Shown: positions 37,909-46,529 of the stretch, in pieces | Numbering within the stretch: position 1 is the stretch's first letter | Layout of the letters: every line of letters begins with the position of its first letter | From: an uncultured Anaerolineales bacterium | GTDB lineage: Bacteria; Chloroflexota; Anaerolineae; UBA1429 | Assembly: GCA_964482225.1 (NCBI GenBank) | Contig: CAYZWT010000017.1 | Coordinates: forward strand, 10,269-74,268 | Direction: 5' to 3' | Length of the DNA stretch: 64,000 nucleotides | The notes under the pieces: model-generated | Told to the model about the DNA's origin: nothing | Databases searched by the model: none | The model's input: only the letters and a program-made list of their open reading frames with translations | Program-made: the position numbers and the translations under genes

Positions 37909-39486
37909 ATGCCTCCCTTTGAGATCATCCGACCGCCCGATTACGTCACCGTACTGGCGGAACGCGAGACGCTTGCCCTGAGCGCCGCCACAGAGACCCG
38001 ATTCGAGGGTCGTGGCGTCGAGTTGGACGCCCTCCCCGGCGATGGCGTGCTGGCGTTGCGCCTGCGCTCCACCGTCCCGCTGATGTACCTGCAATTGCGC
38101 TGGAGCGAGCGCATCCCCGAGGGGCTGCGCTACCTGGGCGATACGTGGGAGCGCGCCGACGGCCCGATGGAGTGGCGCTGCCTGGCGCCCGAGCGCGACC
38201 TGCCCTGGTATTTCCTGGCCTATGACGGGCAACACACCCACGGCGTGGGCGTCAAGACGGGCGCCAGCGCCCTCTGCCGTTGGCGCATAGACCCTTTTGG
38301 CGTGACCCTCTGGCTGGATGTGCGCAACGGCGCCGGGGCCGTGCAGCCGGGCGACCGGGAGCTGTCTCTGGCCGATCTGGTGGTGCGCCCCGGCAAAGTC
38401 TGGGAGCTGCCCTTCCAGGCCGCGCGCCGCTTTGCCGCCCTGCTCGATAACGAACGCCTGCTGCCCGAACAGCCTCTCTATGGCTTGCGCGCTGCGCAAC
38501 ATGCCCACGCGGCGGCGCCGACCGTGCGCGAGGATGCCCGGTTCCTGGCCGACCTGGCCGAGAATACGGTCAACCGCCCCTTCTTCATCGTGGACCATGG
38601 CTGGCAGCAGAGCGCGGGCACCGCAGGTATGCAGCCTGGCCCCAAGCTGGGCGACCCCGTGGCGCTGGCCCACGACATTGTGGAAGCGGGCTGTCGCCCG
38701 GGCCTGTGGCTGCGCCCGCTGCTCTCCGGCACGGCCGAGCATGACGCCTGCGCGCTTCCCCGTGGACGGTTTGCCATGCAACCCATCGGACGGGTGCTGG
38801 ATCCCACCCACCCCGAGACGGAAGAGACCATCCGCCTGGACGTGGCCCGGGCAGTCGCCTGGGGCTTTGAGCTGCTGCGCTACGATGCCACCACCCTCGA
38901 CCTCCTCGGCGAGTATGCCCCCTTTTCGCCATCCTCCACCGAGCCGGGGTGGCGCTTTGGAGACATCAGCCTCACCACGGCAGAGGTCTTGCGCAACCTG
39001 TATACCCTGCTCCGCGAGGCGACCAGAGGGGGGGCGCTGCTGGCCGCCAGCAACGCCCTGGGCCACCTGGCGGCCGGGCAGGTGCACATGCAGAGCATCG
39101 CCGAGCGCGCCGGCCACGAGCGCCGCTTGCGCCCGCACATCGTTGCGGCGAACGCCCTGGCCTTTCGCGGATACCAGCACGGCGCCCTGTACGCCGCCGA
39201 GGTCGGCCCCGTAGAGCTGGGGGGCATTGTTCCCTGGCAGCTCGGCGAGCAATGGCTGCGCCTGGTGGCCGCCAGCGGTACGCCCTGTTTTGTTGCCCTC
39301 GGCTCCAAGCCCCTGGATACGGCCCAGCAGCGCGCCCTGCGCACGGCCTTGTCCCAGGCCTCGCGCCAGCTCCCCCTGGCCGAGCCGCTGGACTGGCTGT
39401 CCACCACCGACCCCGGGCGCTGGAAACTGGGCAATGAGACGGCCGCGTTCGACTGGTACAGCGCCCAATATGGTCCGCCGGCATAG
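37909..39486 (+). CDS. Glycoside hydrolase, alpha-galactosidase-like (GH36/GH27-clan type TIM barrel)
   Basis: RBS AAGGAG. The central FFIVDHGWQ motif resembles the melibiase DDGW motif. Overall length is 525 aa. This is a motif-level call only. Confidence 0.5.
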   Translation: MPPFEIIRPPDYVTVLAERETLALSAATETRFEGRGVELDALPGDGVLALRLRSTVPLMYLQLRWSERIPEGLRYLGDTWERADGPMEWRCLAPERDLPWYFLAYDGQHTHGVGVKTGASALCRWRIDPFGVTLWLDVRNGAGAVQPGDRELSLADLVVRPGKVWELPFQAARRFAALLDNERLLPEQPLYGLRAAQHAHAAAPTVREDARFLADLAENTVNRPFFIVDHGWQQSAGTAGMQPGPKLGDPVALAHDIVEAGCRPGLWLRPLLSGTAEHDACALPRGRFAMQPIGRVLDPTHPETEETIRLDVARAVAWGFELLRYDATTLDLLGEYAPFSPSSTEPGWRFGDISLTTAEVLRNLYTLLREATRGGALLAASNALGHLAAGQVHMQSIAERAGHERRLRPHIVAANALAFRGYQHGALYAAEVGPVELGGIVPWQLGEQWLRLVAASGTPCFVALGSKPLDTAQQRALRTALSQASRQLPLAEPLDWLSTTDPGRWKLGNETAAFDWYSAQYGPPA

Positions 39487-39490
39487 CGCC

Positions 39491-39949
39491 ATGCTCCGAT
39501 GGCTGGTGTCGCGCCTCGGGCGCGCGTTGTTCGCGCTGGCGCGCTCGCCCATCGGTGGGCGCCTGGCGCGGCGTTGGTTCCCAGCTTTGTGCCGCTGGCT
39601 GCCGGTGCGCCGCCTGTGCGAGACAGAGACGTTGCTGGCCTTCCACCACCCGCGCCCCTCCTACCCCGTGCACATCCTGTTGGTTCCCAAAGCGGCGCCT
39701 GCGGGGCTCGAGGCGCTCCAGGGCGACGAGATGGCCCTGTATGCCGACATGATAGCCGCCGTGCAACGGTTGGTGCGTGAGCTGGATCTGGCGCCCCACG
39801 GCTACCGGCTGATCATCAACGGCGGCGTCTATCAAGAGGTGCCCATCCTCCACGCGCACCTCATCAGCCAGGCCCCAGCCGCCGGGGCGCGTTTCGCCGC
39901 CGAGCGCCGGGTAGACTATAATGCGCGGGATGACAAGCACCGCGCCTAA
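39491..39949 (+). CDS. HIT family hydrolase
   Basis: LAFHHPRPSYPVHILLVPK and GYRLIINGGVYQEVPILHAHLI match the HIT signature region. The ATG at 39491 follows the upstream stop directly. Confidence 0.7.
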   Translation: MLRWLVSRLGRALFALARSPIGGRLARRWFPALCRWLPVRRLCETETLLAFHHPRPSYPVHILLVPKAAPAGLEALQGDEMALYADMIAAVQRLVRELDLAPHGYRLIINGGVYQEVPILHAHLISQAPAAGARFAAERRVDYNARDDKHRA

Positions 39950-39957
39950 GGAGGGGT

Positions 39958-40542
39958 ATGCCCCGACCCGATCATTTTGGACTGCTGGCCCCCATCTATG
40001 AGCGCTTTTTCTCCGCACCGCCGCCTGACGGCCTGAGACGAGCCCTCAAGCTGCCCACCTCCGGCCTGCTGCTGGACGCTGGAGGCGGCACGGGCCGCGT
40101 GACGGCCCAGTTTGCGGGTGAGGCCCAGCAGGTGGTGATCGCCGATCTCTCCCAGGGCATGTTGCGCCAGGCCGTTAGCCGCCACGGCCTGCAAACGGTT
40201 CTGGCCCCCGCCGAGCGCCTGCCCTTTGCCGATGGAACGATCATGCGCATCGTCATGGTGGATGCACTGCACCACGTGTACGATGCAGCCAGCACGGTGC
40301 GCGAGCTGGTGCGGGTGCTGGCCCCCGGCGGGCGCATGGTCATTCAGGAGCCCGATTGGCGCATCCCCAGCGTGCGACTGATCTCCTGGGCCGAAAAACT
40401 GGCCCTCATGCGCAGCCATCCGCATCTGCCGGGGGAGATCGTGGCGATGGCGCGCCAGGCGGGCGCGCGGGCCCGCTGCTGGGCGCCGGGCGACCACAGC
40501 GTGTGGATCATTGCGGCCAAGCCGCCGCCGGGAGCCCCATGA
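39958..40542 (+). CDS. Class I SAM-dependent methyltransferase
   Basis: RBS GGAGGGG. SAM-binding motif I LLDAGGGTGRVT and an acidic motif II ...VVIADLS... 194 aa. Confidence 0.8.
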   Translation: MPRPDHFGLLAPIYERFFSAPPPDGLRRALKLPTSGLLLDAGGGTGRVTAQFAGEAQQVVIADLSQGMLRQAVSRHGLQTVLAPAERLPFADGTIMRIVMVDALHHVYDAASTVRELVRVLAPGGRMVIQEPDWRIPSVRLISWAEKLALMRSHPHLPGEIVAMARQAGARARCWAPGDHSVWIIAAKPPPGAP

Positions 40543-40967
40543 TAGCCGAGAGAGAGCGCGCCATTATCGCGGACCTGCACCGGCAGGGGTTCCGGCTCAC
40601 CCGTCCACGCAGCGCCGTCCTCGATGCCCTGCTGGCATCAGAGCGGCATCTGACGGCAGCCCAACTGCATGACCTGGCCCAGGCCGCCTGCCCCACTCTG
40701 AGCCTGGCCAGCGTCTATCGCACCCTGGCGTTGCTAGAGTCCTTGGGCCACATCCAGCATGTGCACGGCCAGGATGGCTGTCAGAGTTATGTCATGGCGC
40801 CCACCCCACATGGCCACCAGCTCGTGTGCTCCTCCTGTGGCATGACGTGCGCCTTTACCGAGTGCGACTTGACCAGGTTGATTGCCGAGATCGAGGCCCG
40901 CACCGGCTTTCGCATTGACGGACACATCCTGGAATTGAACGGCCTCTGCCCCAACTGCCGCAAGTAG
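40539..40967 (+). CDS. Fur family transcriptional regulator (Fur/Zur/PerR-type)
   Basis: R.TRPRSAVLDAL...HLTAAQL winged helix, plus the HVHGQDGCQSY...HGHQLVCSSCG...CPNCRK metal sites. Its start overlaps the methyltransferase stop (ATGA). Confidence 0.85.
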   Translation: MIAERERAIIADLHRQGFRLTRPRSAVLDALLASERHLTAAQLHDLAQAACPTLSLASVYRTLALLESLGHIQHVHGQDGCQSYVMAPTPHGHQLVCSSCGMTCAFTECDLTRLIAEIEARTGFRIDGHILELNGLCPNCRK

Positions 40968-40979
40968 CGCCTGGCGAGT

Positions 40980-42431
40980 TCAGCCCAGCCCCAGCAGGCT
41001 CAACGCAACGACGCTGATGATGATGCCCGTCACGCCGCCGGCGATGGTTTGGGCCACGGTGTGGGCGCCCACCTTGACCCGCGCCCAGGCCACCAGCGGG
41101 ATCAGCAGCAAGCTGGGAGCGGCCAACGGCCCCAGGCTGGCGGTGATCAGCGTGGCGCCCAGGGCAATGCCGGAGACGTGCTGGCTGATCTTCCAGATCA
41201 ACGTGATCGCCAGGTTGATGACCACCAACAGGAACCCGCTCAGCGCCACGGCCAGGATCCAGCGCGGGCCGTCGAACACGTATAGGATCGCCATCGGGAT
41301 CGCCGTAAAGAGCAGGGAGGCTGCCACGATGCCCGGGCGCAGGCGCTCACGCCGGTCGGTGATATGCCAATCGCTGATGGCACCCCGTCGCAACGCCCGG
41401 TTGAACACCCCCAGGGTGATCAGCACAAAGGGCAGGCCCGTTGCCAACACCCAAACGATGCCGCGCCGCCAAGAGACCGGATCGGCCAGCCCCAATGACA
41501 GCAGCAGCAGCGTGACCACGTATTGCGGCGCCAGAAAACGCGAGATCAGGGCCGCCGTGCGTTCTGACCAGGGGATCTCGCTGATCAGGGTGCCCGCCAA
41601 GATGATCACGCCGCCGGTGACCATGCGCGCAGTCAGCAGATCGCCCGCCAGCAACACGCCAAACAGCGCCGCAAAGACCGGCTCTGCCGTAAAAATGAGG
41701 GCCGTATGGGTGGGGGTGGTAAAGCGCTGCACGGCCGTCTGCACGCCAAAAGCCACCGCCGTCGCCAGGATGCCGGTGAACGCCGCCGCGCCCCAGGTCG
41801 AGGGCGCCGGCGCGGGCCAGGGGCCTCCCCCCAGCAGTGTAATGCCCGTGCTCACCACGGCAACCACCGCCACTTGCACAATCGTCAGTGCGATTGGATC
41901 GGCGCCCGGCGCAAAGGCGCTCACCCCGATAATGTGCAGCGCGAACGAGACCGCGCACAGCAATACCAGGAGATCGCCCGCGCCAAGCTGTAGCGACTGG
42001 CTCAACGACAAGAGCGCCATGCCCACCGTCGCCAACGCCACGCCGATCAGGGCTGCCGGGTGAGGTCGCCGTCTGAGAACCAGCGCCGAGAGCACCGGCA
42101 CGATCGCGACGTTCATGCCGGTGATGAACCCTGCCTTGGAGGCGGTGGTGTGCTGGAGCCCCAACGTCTGAAAGGCATAGCCCCCCAGCAAAAAGAGCCC
42201 CAACAGCGCGCCACAGGCCGTGGTGCGCCAGGTCAGGGTGCGCAAGCGCCGCCCGCCGATCAGCAGCAGCGCCGCCAGCGCCAGGCCAAAGCGGATGGCC
42301 AGAAAGGCGAACACCGGATAGGCGCTCACGGCCTCTTTGACCATGACAAAGGTGCCGCCCCAGATCAAGGTCACCAGGAGCAGCAACGCATCGGCGCCCA
42401 GTTGGCGGCGGCGGTTGGCAATCTCGGCCAT
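40980..42431 (-). CDS. Fusion protein: N-terminal EamA/DMT transporter (two EamA repeats) plus C-terminal PAP2-like (acid phosphatase / lipid phosphatase) membrane domain
   Basis: About 10 TM helices with the EamA pattern (LLLVTLIWGGTFV...). The C-terminal 180 aa carry PAP2-like motifs KISQHVSG (PSGH-like) and ARVKVGAHTVAQTIAGGVTG (SRxxxxxHxxxD-like). Confidence 0.55.
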   Translation of the reverse strand: MAEIANRRRQLGADALLLLVTLIWGGTFVMVKEAVSAYPVFAFLAIRFGLALAALLLIGGRRLRTLTWRTTACGALLGLFLLGGYAFQTLGLQHTTASKAGFITGMNVAIVPVLSALVLRRRPHPAALIGVALATVGMALLSLSQSLQLGAGDLLVLLCAVSFALHIIGVSAFAPGADPIALTIVQVAVVAVVSTGITLLGGGPWPAPAPSTWGAAAFTGILATAVAFGVQTAVQRFTTPTHTALIFTAEPVFAALFGVLLAGDLLTARMVTGGVIILAGTLISEIPWSERTAALISRFLAPQYVVTLLLLSLGLADPVSWRRGIVWVLATGLPFVLITLGVFNRALRRGAISDWHITDRRERLRPGIVAASLLFTAIPMAILYVFDGPRWILAVALSGFLLVVINLAITLIWKISQHVSGIALGATLITASLGPLAAPSLLLIPLVAWARVKVGAHTVAQTIAGGVTGIIISVVALSLLGLG

Positions 42432-42436
42432 GTGGG

Positions 42437-43332
42437 CTAGCGCTCCAGTTCTCGGCGCACGGTCGCCAACAGGCTATCGGCGCGGATCTCGGCCAGGGTG
42501 TAACAGGGACCATCGAGCGCATCCGCCAGCTCTTGGGCCAGGCCGCGATCGAGGGATTCATGCTCGGTGTTGATCACCACGGTGCGGAACTGCTTTTCGC
42601 GATAGAGCCCCGCGATCATCAGCGCCTCTTCTCTCGGCGGCGTGCCCGTAACCGACACATTGCCCGCGCCGTCGGTCAGCAGGATCATCAGCGGGGCGAT
42701 ATCGGGGTTCTGGCCCTTTTCCCGCTCGATCACCTGTAGCGCCAGGAGCAGCCCTGCCGAGAGGGGCGTCTTGCCGCCCACGGGGATCTCCTGCAGGGCC
42801 CTTTTCGCCATCTCGACGCTGGAGGTGGGCGGCAGCACCAGGTCGGCGCGGTCCTTTTGGAAGGACACCATGGCCACGCGGTCGCGCTTTTGATAGGCGT
42901 CCACCAAGAGCGACATGATGGCGCCTTTGGTGGCCTCCATGCGCTCCGCCGCCGCCATAGACCAACTGGCGTCCACGGCAAAGATCACCAGATTGCCCGT
43001 CTTGTGCACGCGCACCTTGCGCTGGAGGTCGCCGTCGCGGATGGCGATGGCATGGCCATTCTTTTCGCGGGAGGTTTGGTGCGGCGCCGCCTGTCGCACC
43101 GTGGCATCTATGGCGATATCGTCATAGCGTCCCTGGGCATCGCGTGCGCGGATGTAACGCCCTCGTTTCTGCTTACTGACGGTATAGCTGCGCCGCCCGG
43201 CTGCGCGGCGTGAGAGGCGGTCGGTGGGAGTGCGTAGCTTGCGCACCTGAAACGCCTCTCCCACCAGAGCCTGGTGGGTGGCCTCGTTAGGAGATGCGTT
43301 GAGAGACTGGGCCTCCGAGTGGTGCCCGCGCA
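42437..43332 (-). CDS. von Willebrand factor A domain protein, ChlD/BchD C-terminal-domain-like (Mg-chelatase-like)
   Basis: TTG start. VWA/MIDAS region VIFAVDASWSM...TPL..GL. Typical ChlD-type VWA spacing. It lies immediately downstream of, and in a different frame from, the ChlI-like gene. Confidence 0.75.
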
Positions 43333-43377
43333 ACGGCGGTACAGATTGGGGCTCTCCGTCAGGGCTCGGCTCAGCCG

Positions 43378-44475
43378 CTACCGGCTCGGCTGTTTTTTTT
43401 TAGGCTGCGCCTCGCCCTGTACGGGCTCTTGCTCGTCTTCTTGTGCGTTCTGCTGGCGCGCCTGCTCGATGCGCTGGGCCAGCTTTTGCATCTTGCTGCC
43501 CGTGTCCTCAAAGGGTGTGCGGCGCAGTCTATGGGGCAGCGCAAGCTCCGCGGCCAGCAGGATGTCGGTCTCTTGCACAGCCGTGCGCCCCATCAGAGCG
43601 GCATGGGCCATCGCCGTCTTGAGGATCACGATGTCGGCCCGATGCCCGTCCACATCCATCTCGGCCGTCAACTGGGCAATCGTGTAGAGGTCCCGCTCAT
43701 CGTACCGGACTTGGGGGAGCAACTCTTGGGCGCGCAGGATGCGCTGCGAGAGCCGCGCCTCTTCTTCACACCAGAGGTCGCAGAACTCGCCGTAATCGCG
43801 CTCAAAGGCGATGCGCCGCTTGAGGATCTCGACGCGGGCCGCCGCATCGGCGATGCCGTGGATATCCACGCAGAGGGCAAAGCGATCCAACAACTGGGGA
43901 CGCAGCTCGCCCTCTTCGGGGTTCATGGTGCCCACCAGGATAAAGCGCGCCGGGTGCGAAAACGAGATGCCCTCGCGCTCGACGACATTCACGCCCATCG
44001 CCGCCGAATCCAGCAGCAGGTCTACTACGTGGTCATCCAGCAGGTTGACCTCATCCACATAGAGCAGGCCCCGGTTGGCCGCCGCCAGCACCCCCGGCTC
44101 AAAGTGGCGCTCGCCCTCTTTGATGGCGCGTTCGATATCCAACGTGCCCACCACGCGATCCTCGGTGGCGCTGACGGGCAGGTCCACAAAGCGGGTCTTT
44201 TTGAGGGCGACGGGCAAGACCTCGCCGGCGGCATGGCGCGCGCGGCAGGTATCACACATCTGTTCGGAGCGCTGGGGGTCGCAGCCAAAGGGGCAATCGC
44301 TGACGGCCTGGATCTCGGGGAGCAATGCGGCCAGCGCCCGGGCAGCGGTTGACTTGGCCGTGCCGCGCTCGCCGCGAATGAGCACCCCGCCGATCTGGGG
44401 GCTGATGGCATTGAGTACGAGGGCTCGGCGCATGCGCTCTTGGCCGACAATAGCGGTAAAGGGAAAGACCTGCAT
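43378..44475 (-). CDS. Mg-chelatase subunit I-like AAA+ ATPase (ChlI/BchI family)
   Basis: FPFTAIVGQE, Walker A GERGTAKST, the Cys-rich insertion CPFGCDP...CDTC, Walker B LYVDEVNLLDDH, the sensor ARFILVGTMNPEEGELRPQLLDRF, and the C-terminal ALPHRLRR. An acidic tail QNAQEDEQEPVQGEAQPKKK follows. Confidence 0.85.
   Translation of the reverse strand: MQVFPFTAIVGQERMRRALVLNAISPQIGGVLIRGERGTAKSTAARALAALLPEIQAVSDCPFGCDPQRSEQMCDTCRARHAAGEVLPVALKKTRFVDLPVSATEDRVVGTLDIERAIKEGERHFEPGVLAAANRGLLYVDEVNLLDDHVVDLLLDSAAMGVNVVEREGISFSHPARFILVGTMNPEEGELRPQLLDRFALCVDIHGIADAAARVEILKRRIAFERDYGEFCDLWCEEEARLSQRILRAQELLPQVRYDERDLYTIAQLTAEMDVDGHRADIVILKTAMAHAALMGRTAVQETDILLAAELALPHRLRRTPFEDTGSKMQKLAQRIEQARQQNAQEDEQEPVQGEAQPKKKQPSR
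43393..43401. repeat. Homopolymer T9 (A9 on the coding strand) at the junction of the ChlI-like and VWA genes
   Basis: tgttttttttta in the top strand. It encodes the KKK of ...AQPKKKQPSR* at the C-terminus of the ChlI-like gene. Confidence 0.9.
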
Positions 44476-44522
44476 TGAGATCAATAATCCTCGCCTCTGG
44501 CAATGCGGGCTCACAACGAGCC

Positions 44523-44551
44523 AGTATAGTCCGACGAGCGGGGTGTGTCAA
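44523..44551 (-). promoter_or_regulatory. Near-consensus sigma-70 promoter TTGACA-N17-TATACT upstream of the ChlI-like gene (minus strand)
   Basis: Reverse complement of 44523-44551 reads TTGACAcaccccgctcgtcggacTATACT. Confidence 0.5.
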
Positions 44552-44641
44552 TTTCAGGCCCAGGGCGAGCAGACACTTGCACGCAGCCCTTTCTTGAGGA
44601 TCGAGGCCCGGGAGAGGTGGGCCGCGAGCCCCAATGACCCG

Positions 44642-45208
44642 CTAGCGGCCCGCCAGTCGCCAGAGCCGTTGCGCCGTGTCCGAAAGCATGTGGCGCAGGT
44701 GATCCATCTCGGTCTCGTTGGGCAGCCGACCTTGCACCAGCGCCATAGTGATGCCCGCGCCGAAAACGACGATGGCCCCGCCGATCCAGAGGGCCCATAA
44801 CAGCGCCGGATCATCGGGCAGACGCACCTGGAATGCGAGTTCAGCCTGCGGTTCCAGCCAGGGCACGGCTGGCGCCAGCCCTGGCTCGGGCGCCAGCAGG
44901 AGAGCTAGCGCCAGGGCCACCAGTAGTGTGAGAGCAGGCAGCCACACGCTCCAAGGCAAAGGTTTCCAGGGCTCCATCGGCGTTTCGCCATCGATGTTCG
45001 CCAAGGTGCGCTCGACCAGGCCGGTGGGTGCAGGGTACAGGGGCCACGCCCACAGGGCCTGTTCAACGCGCTGCAGCGCGTGGGCAGCAGCGCGACAATC
45101 CTCACATGTGGCCAGGTGGCGGCGCAGCGCCTGATACTCTCGCAACGGAGGCTGCCCATCGGCCACATATTGGGCCAGCAACGCCTCATGCGCCTTGCAG
45201 TCTGTCAT
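44642..45208 (-). CDS. Anti-sigma factor, zinc-finger (HxxxCxxC) type with one TM helix
   Basis: The ATG at 45208 overlaps the sigma-gene stop (ATGA). H-x3-C-x2-C motif RRHLATCEDCRAAAH. TM segment LPWSVWLPALTLLVALALALLLA. Confidence 0.65.
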   Translation of the reverse strand: MTDCKAHEALLAQYVADGQPPLREYQALRRHLATCEDCRAAAHALQRVEQALWAWPLYPAPTGLVERTLANIDGETPMEPWKPLPWSVWLPALTLLVALALALLLAPEPGLAPAVPWLEPQAELAFQVRLPDDPALLWALWIGGAIVVFGAGITMALVQGRLPNETEMDHLRHMLSDTAQRLWRLAGR

Positions 45209-45789
45209 CGGATTCCCACCTTTTTCATGTTGGCGGCCAGCGCGTTCCGGGCGCGGTTCAGGTGCGCCTTGACGGTGCCCAGCGGCAGCGCGAGCACCTG
45301 GGCGATCTCCTGATACGAGAGCTGCTGCTGGTAGAACAGCGCCAGCACCAGTCGGTACTTGTCCGGAAGGCGCTCGACCAGCTCCCACAAACGTGCGTGC
45401 TCGTCGTGGTGCAACGCCTCTTGGGCCGGGCCTTCCTCCGGCGCGGCGATCTCCTCCAGCCGCTCGCCGGCATCGAGCTGGGCATCGAGCTGTCGGCGCA
45501 GCTTGCGCTTGCGGTTCAGGCAGGCGTTGGTCGCAACGGTGTGCAGCCAGGTTGTGAACTTGCTCTCGCCCCTAAAGCGCGGCAAAGCGCGCCACACCCG
45601 CACATAGACCTCCTGCGTCAGGTCCTCAGCCTCTTGCGGATTGCCCAGGATGCGGTAGGCCAGGTTGTAGACGCGTCCTTGCGTCTGGGCGATCAACTCG
45701 CCCAGGGCCGCGCGGTCGCCGCGTTGTGCGCGTGAAACCAGATCTGCCAGCGGGTCGCTCAAGCTAGCCGTCCAGGATTCGAGAGCCAC
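45205..45789 (-). CDS. ECF (sigma-70 family group IV) RNA polymerase sigma factor
   Basis: Region 2 LTQEVYVRVWRALPRF..F.TWLHTVATN and region 4 LPDKYRLVLALFYQQQLSYQEIAQVLALPLGTVKAHLNRAR. Confidence 0.9.
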   Translation of the reverse strand: MALESWTASLSDPLADLVSRAQRGDRAALGELIAQTQGRVYNLAYRILGNPQEAEDLTQEVYVRVWRALPRFRGESKFTTWLHTVATNACLNRKRKLRRQLDAQLDAGERLEEIAAPEEGPAQEALHHDEHARLWELVERLPDKYRLVLALFYQQQLSYQEIAQVLALPLGTVKAHLNRARNALAANMKKVGIR

Positions 45790-45807
45790 ATAAGGTCCCT
45801 CAGGATG

Positions 45808-46236
45808 TCAGTCGTCGGAATCAGGCTGGCGTTCCTGCCAGGGATCGCTGTCACAGGCGCTGGGCTCAGGATCGGAGGGCGCGTCCTCGATCTCGTGTAC
45901 AGGAGCGCTCGAAACGATGAAATAGATCAAGAGCATGCCCAGCCCCACAAAGAGGGGCAGCAGTCCGGCGATCAGCCAGTAGCCCGTGCCCAGGGTGGCC
46001 AGGCCGAGGAGCAGCGCCAAGCCGCTCATCATGGTGATGACGCCGCCCCACAAGACGCCGCGACCGCCCTGGCGGCCCCGCGCCTCGCGCCGGGCCAGCT
46101 CGCGCGCGGAAAAGCCACGCTCCGCGAGGGCCACGCGCTCCTTATAGGCGATGTAGCGGTTCAGGGTGACAAAACCGAGCACGACGATCAGCAATGCCAA
46201 AGGAACGAGCACGATGACAAGAAAATCCGACGACAT
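45808..46236 (-). CDS. Small membrane protein (2 TM) with acidic C-terminal tail, unknown function
   Basis: ATG at 46236 with RBS GGAGG. TM helices FLVIVLVPLALLIVVLGFV and LLLGLATLGTGYWLIAGLLPLFVGLGMLLIYFIV. It lies upstream of the ECF sigma gene. Confidence 0.4.
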   Translation of the reverse strand: MSSDFLVIVLVPLALLIVVLGFVTLNRYIAYKERVALAERGFSARELARREARGRQGGRGVLWGGVITMMSGLALLLGLATLGTGYWLIAGLLPLFVGLGMLLIYFIVSSAPVHEIEDAPSDPEPSACDSDPWQERQPDSDD

Positions 46237-46529
46237 AGAGCCTCCTGGCGATCCAGCGGGTACCGGACGATGGCTGCATGCCCTTATATTACTTGTGACA
46301 CGGTAGAACGCCAATGGGTTGCGGCATGCACCCTTGCGCTCCCGCGCATTGGATAAGCTTGACCGGGTCGCCCTGGCACAGCCGTTGTCGCCGACGCGGC
46401 CCAGGGTGCGAGGGCGCAGAGTTGGTGGTACAATGGATGCAGGAAACGCTACACGGTGCGGGCGCGATGCGCCCATACGCCACCGATCAGACTCGAGCAC
46501 AGCCGCCCATACGCATAGGAGCAAGACCC

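Noticed and set aside
43391-43401. Apparent T10 run that would put the ChlI-like and VWA ORFs in one frame
   Set aside because: Careful recount of the printed sequence gives T9 (tg + 9 t + a). This is consistent with the six-frame track ending the ChlI-like ORF at ...PKKKQPSR*. The genes are therefore split in the given sequence; the fusion is only a +1 hypothetical.
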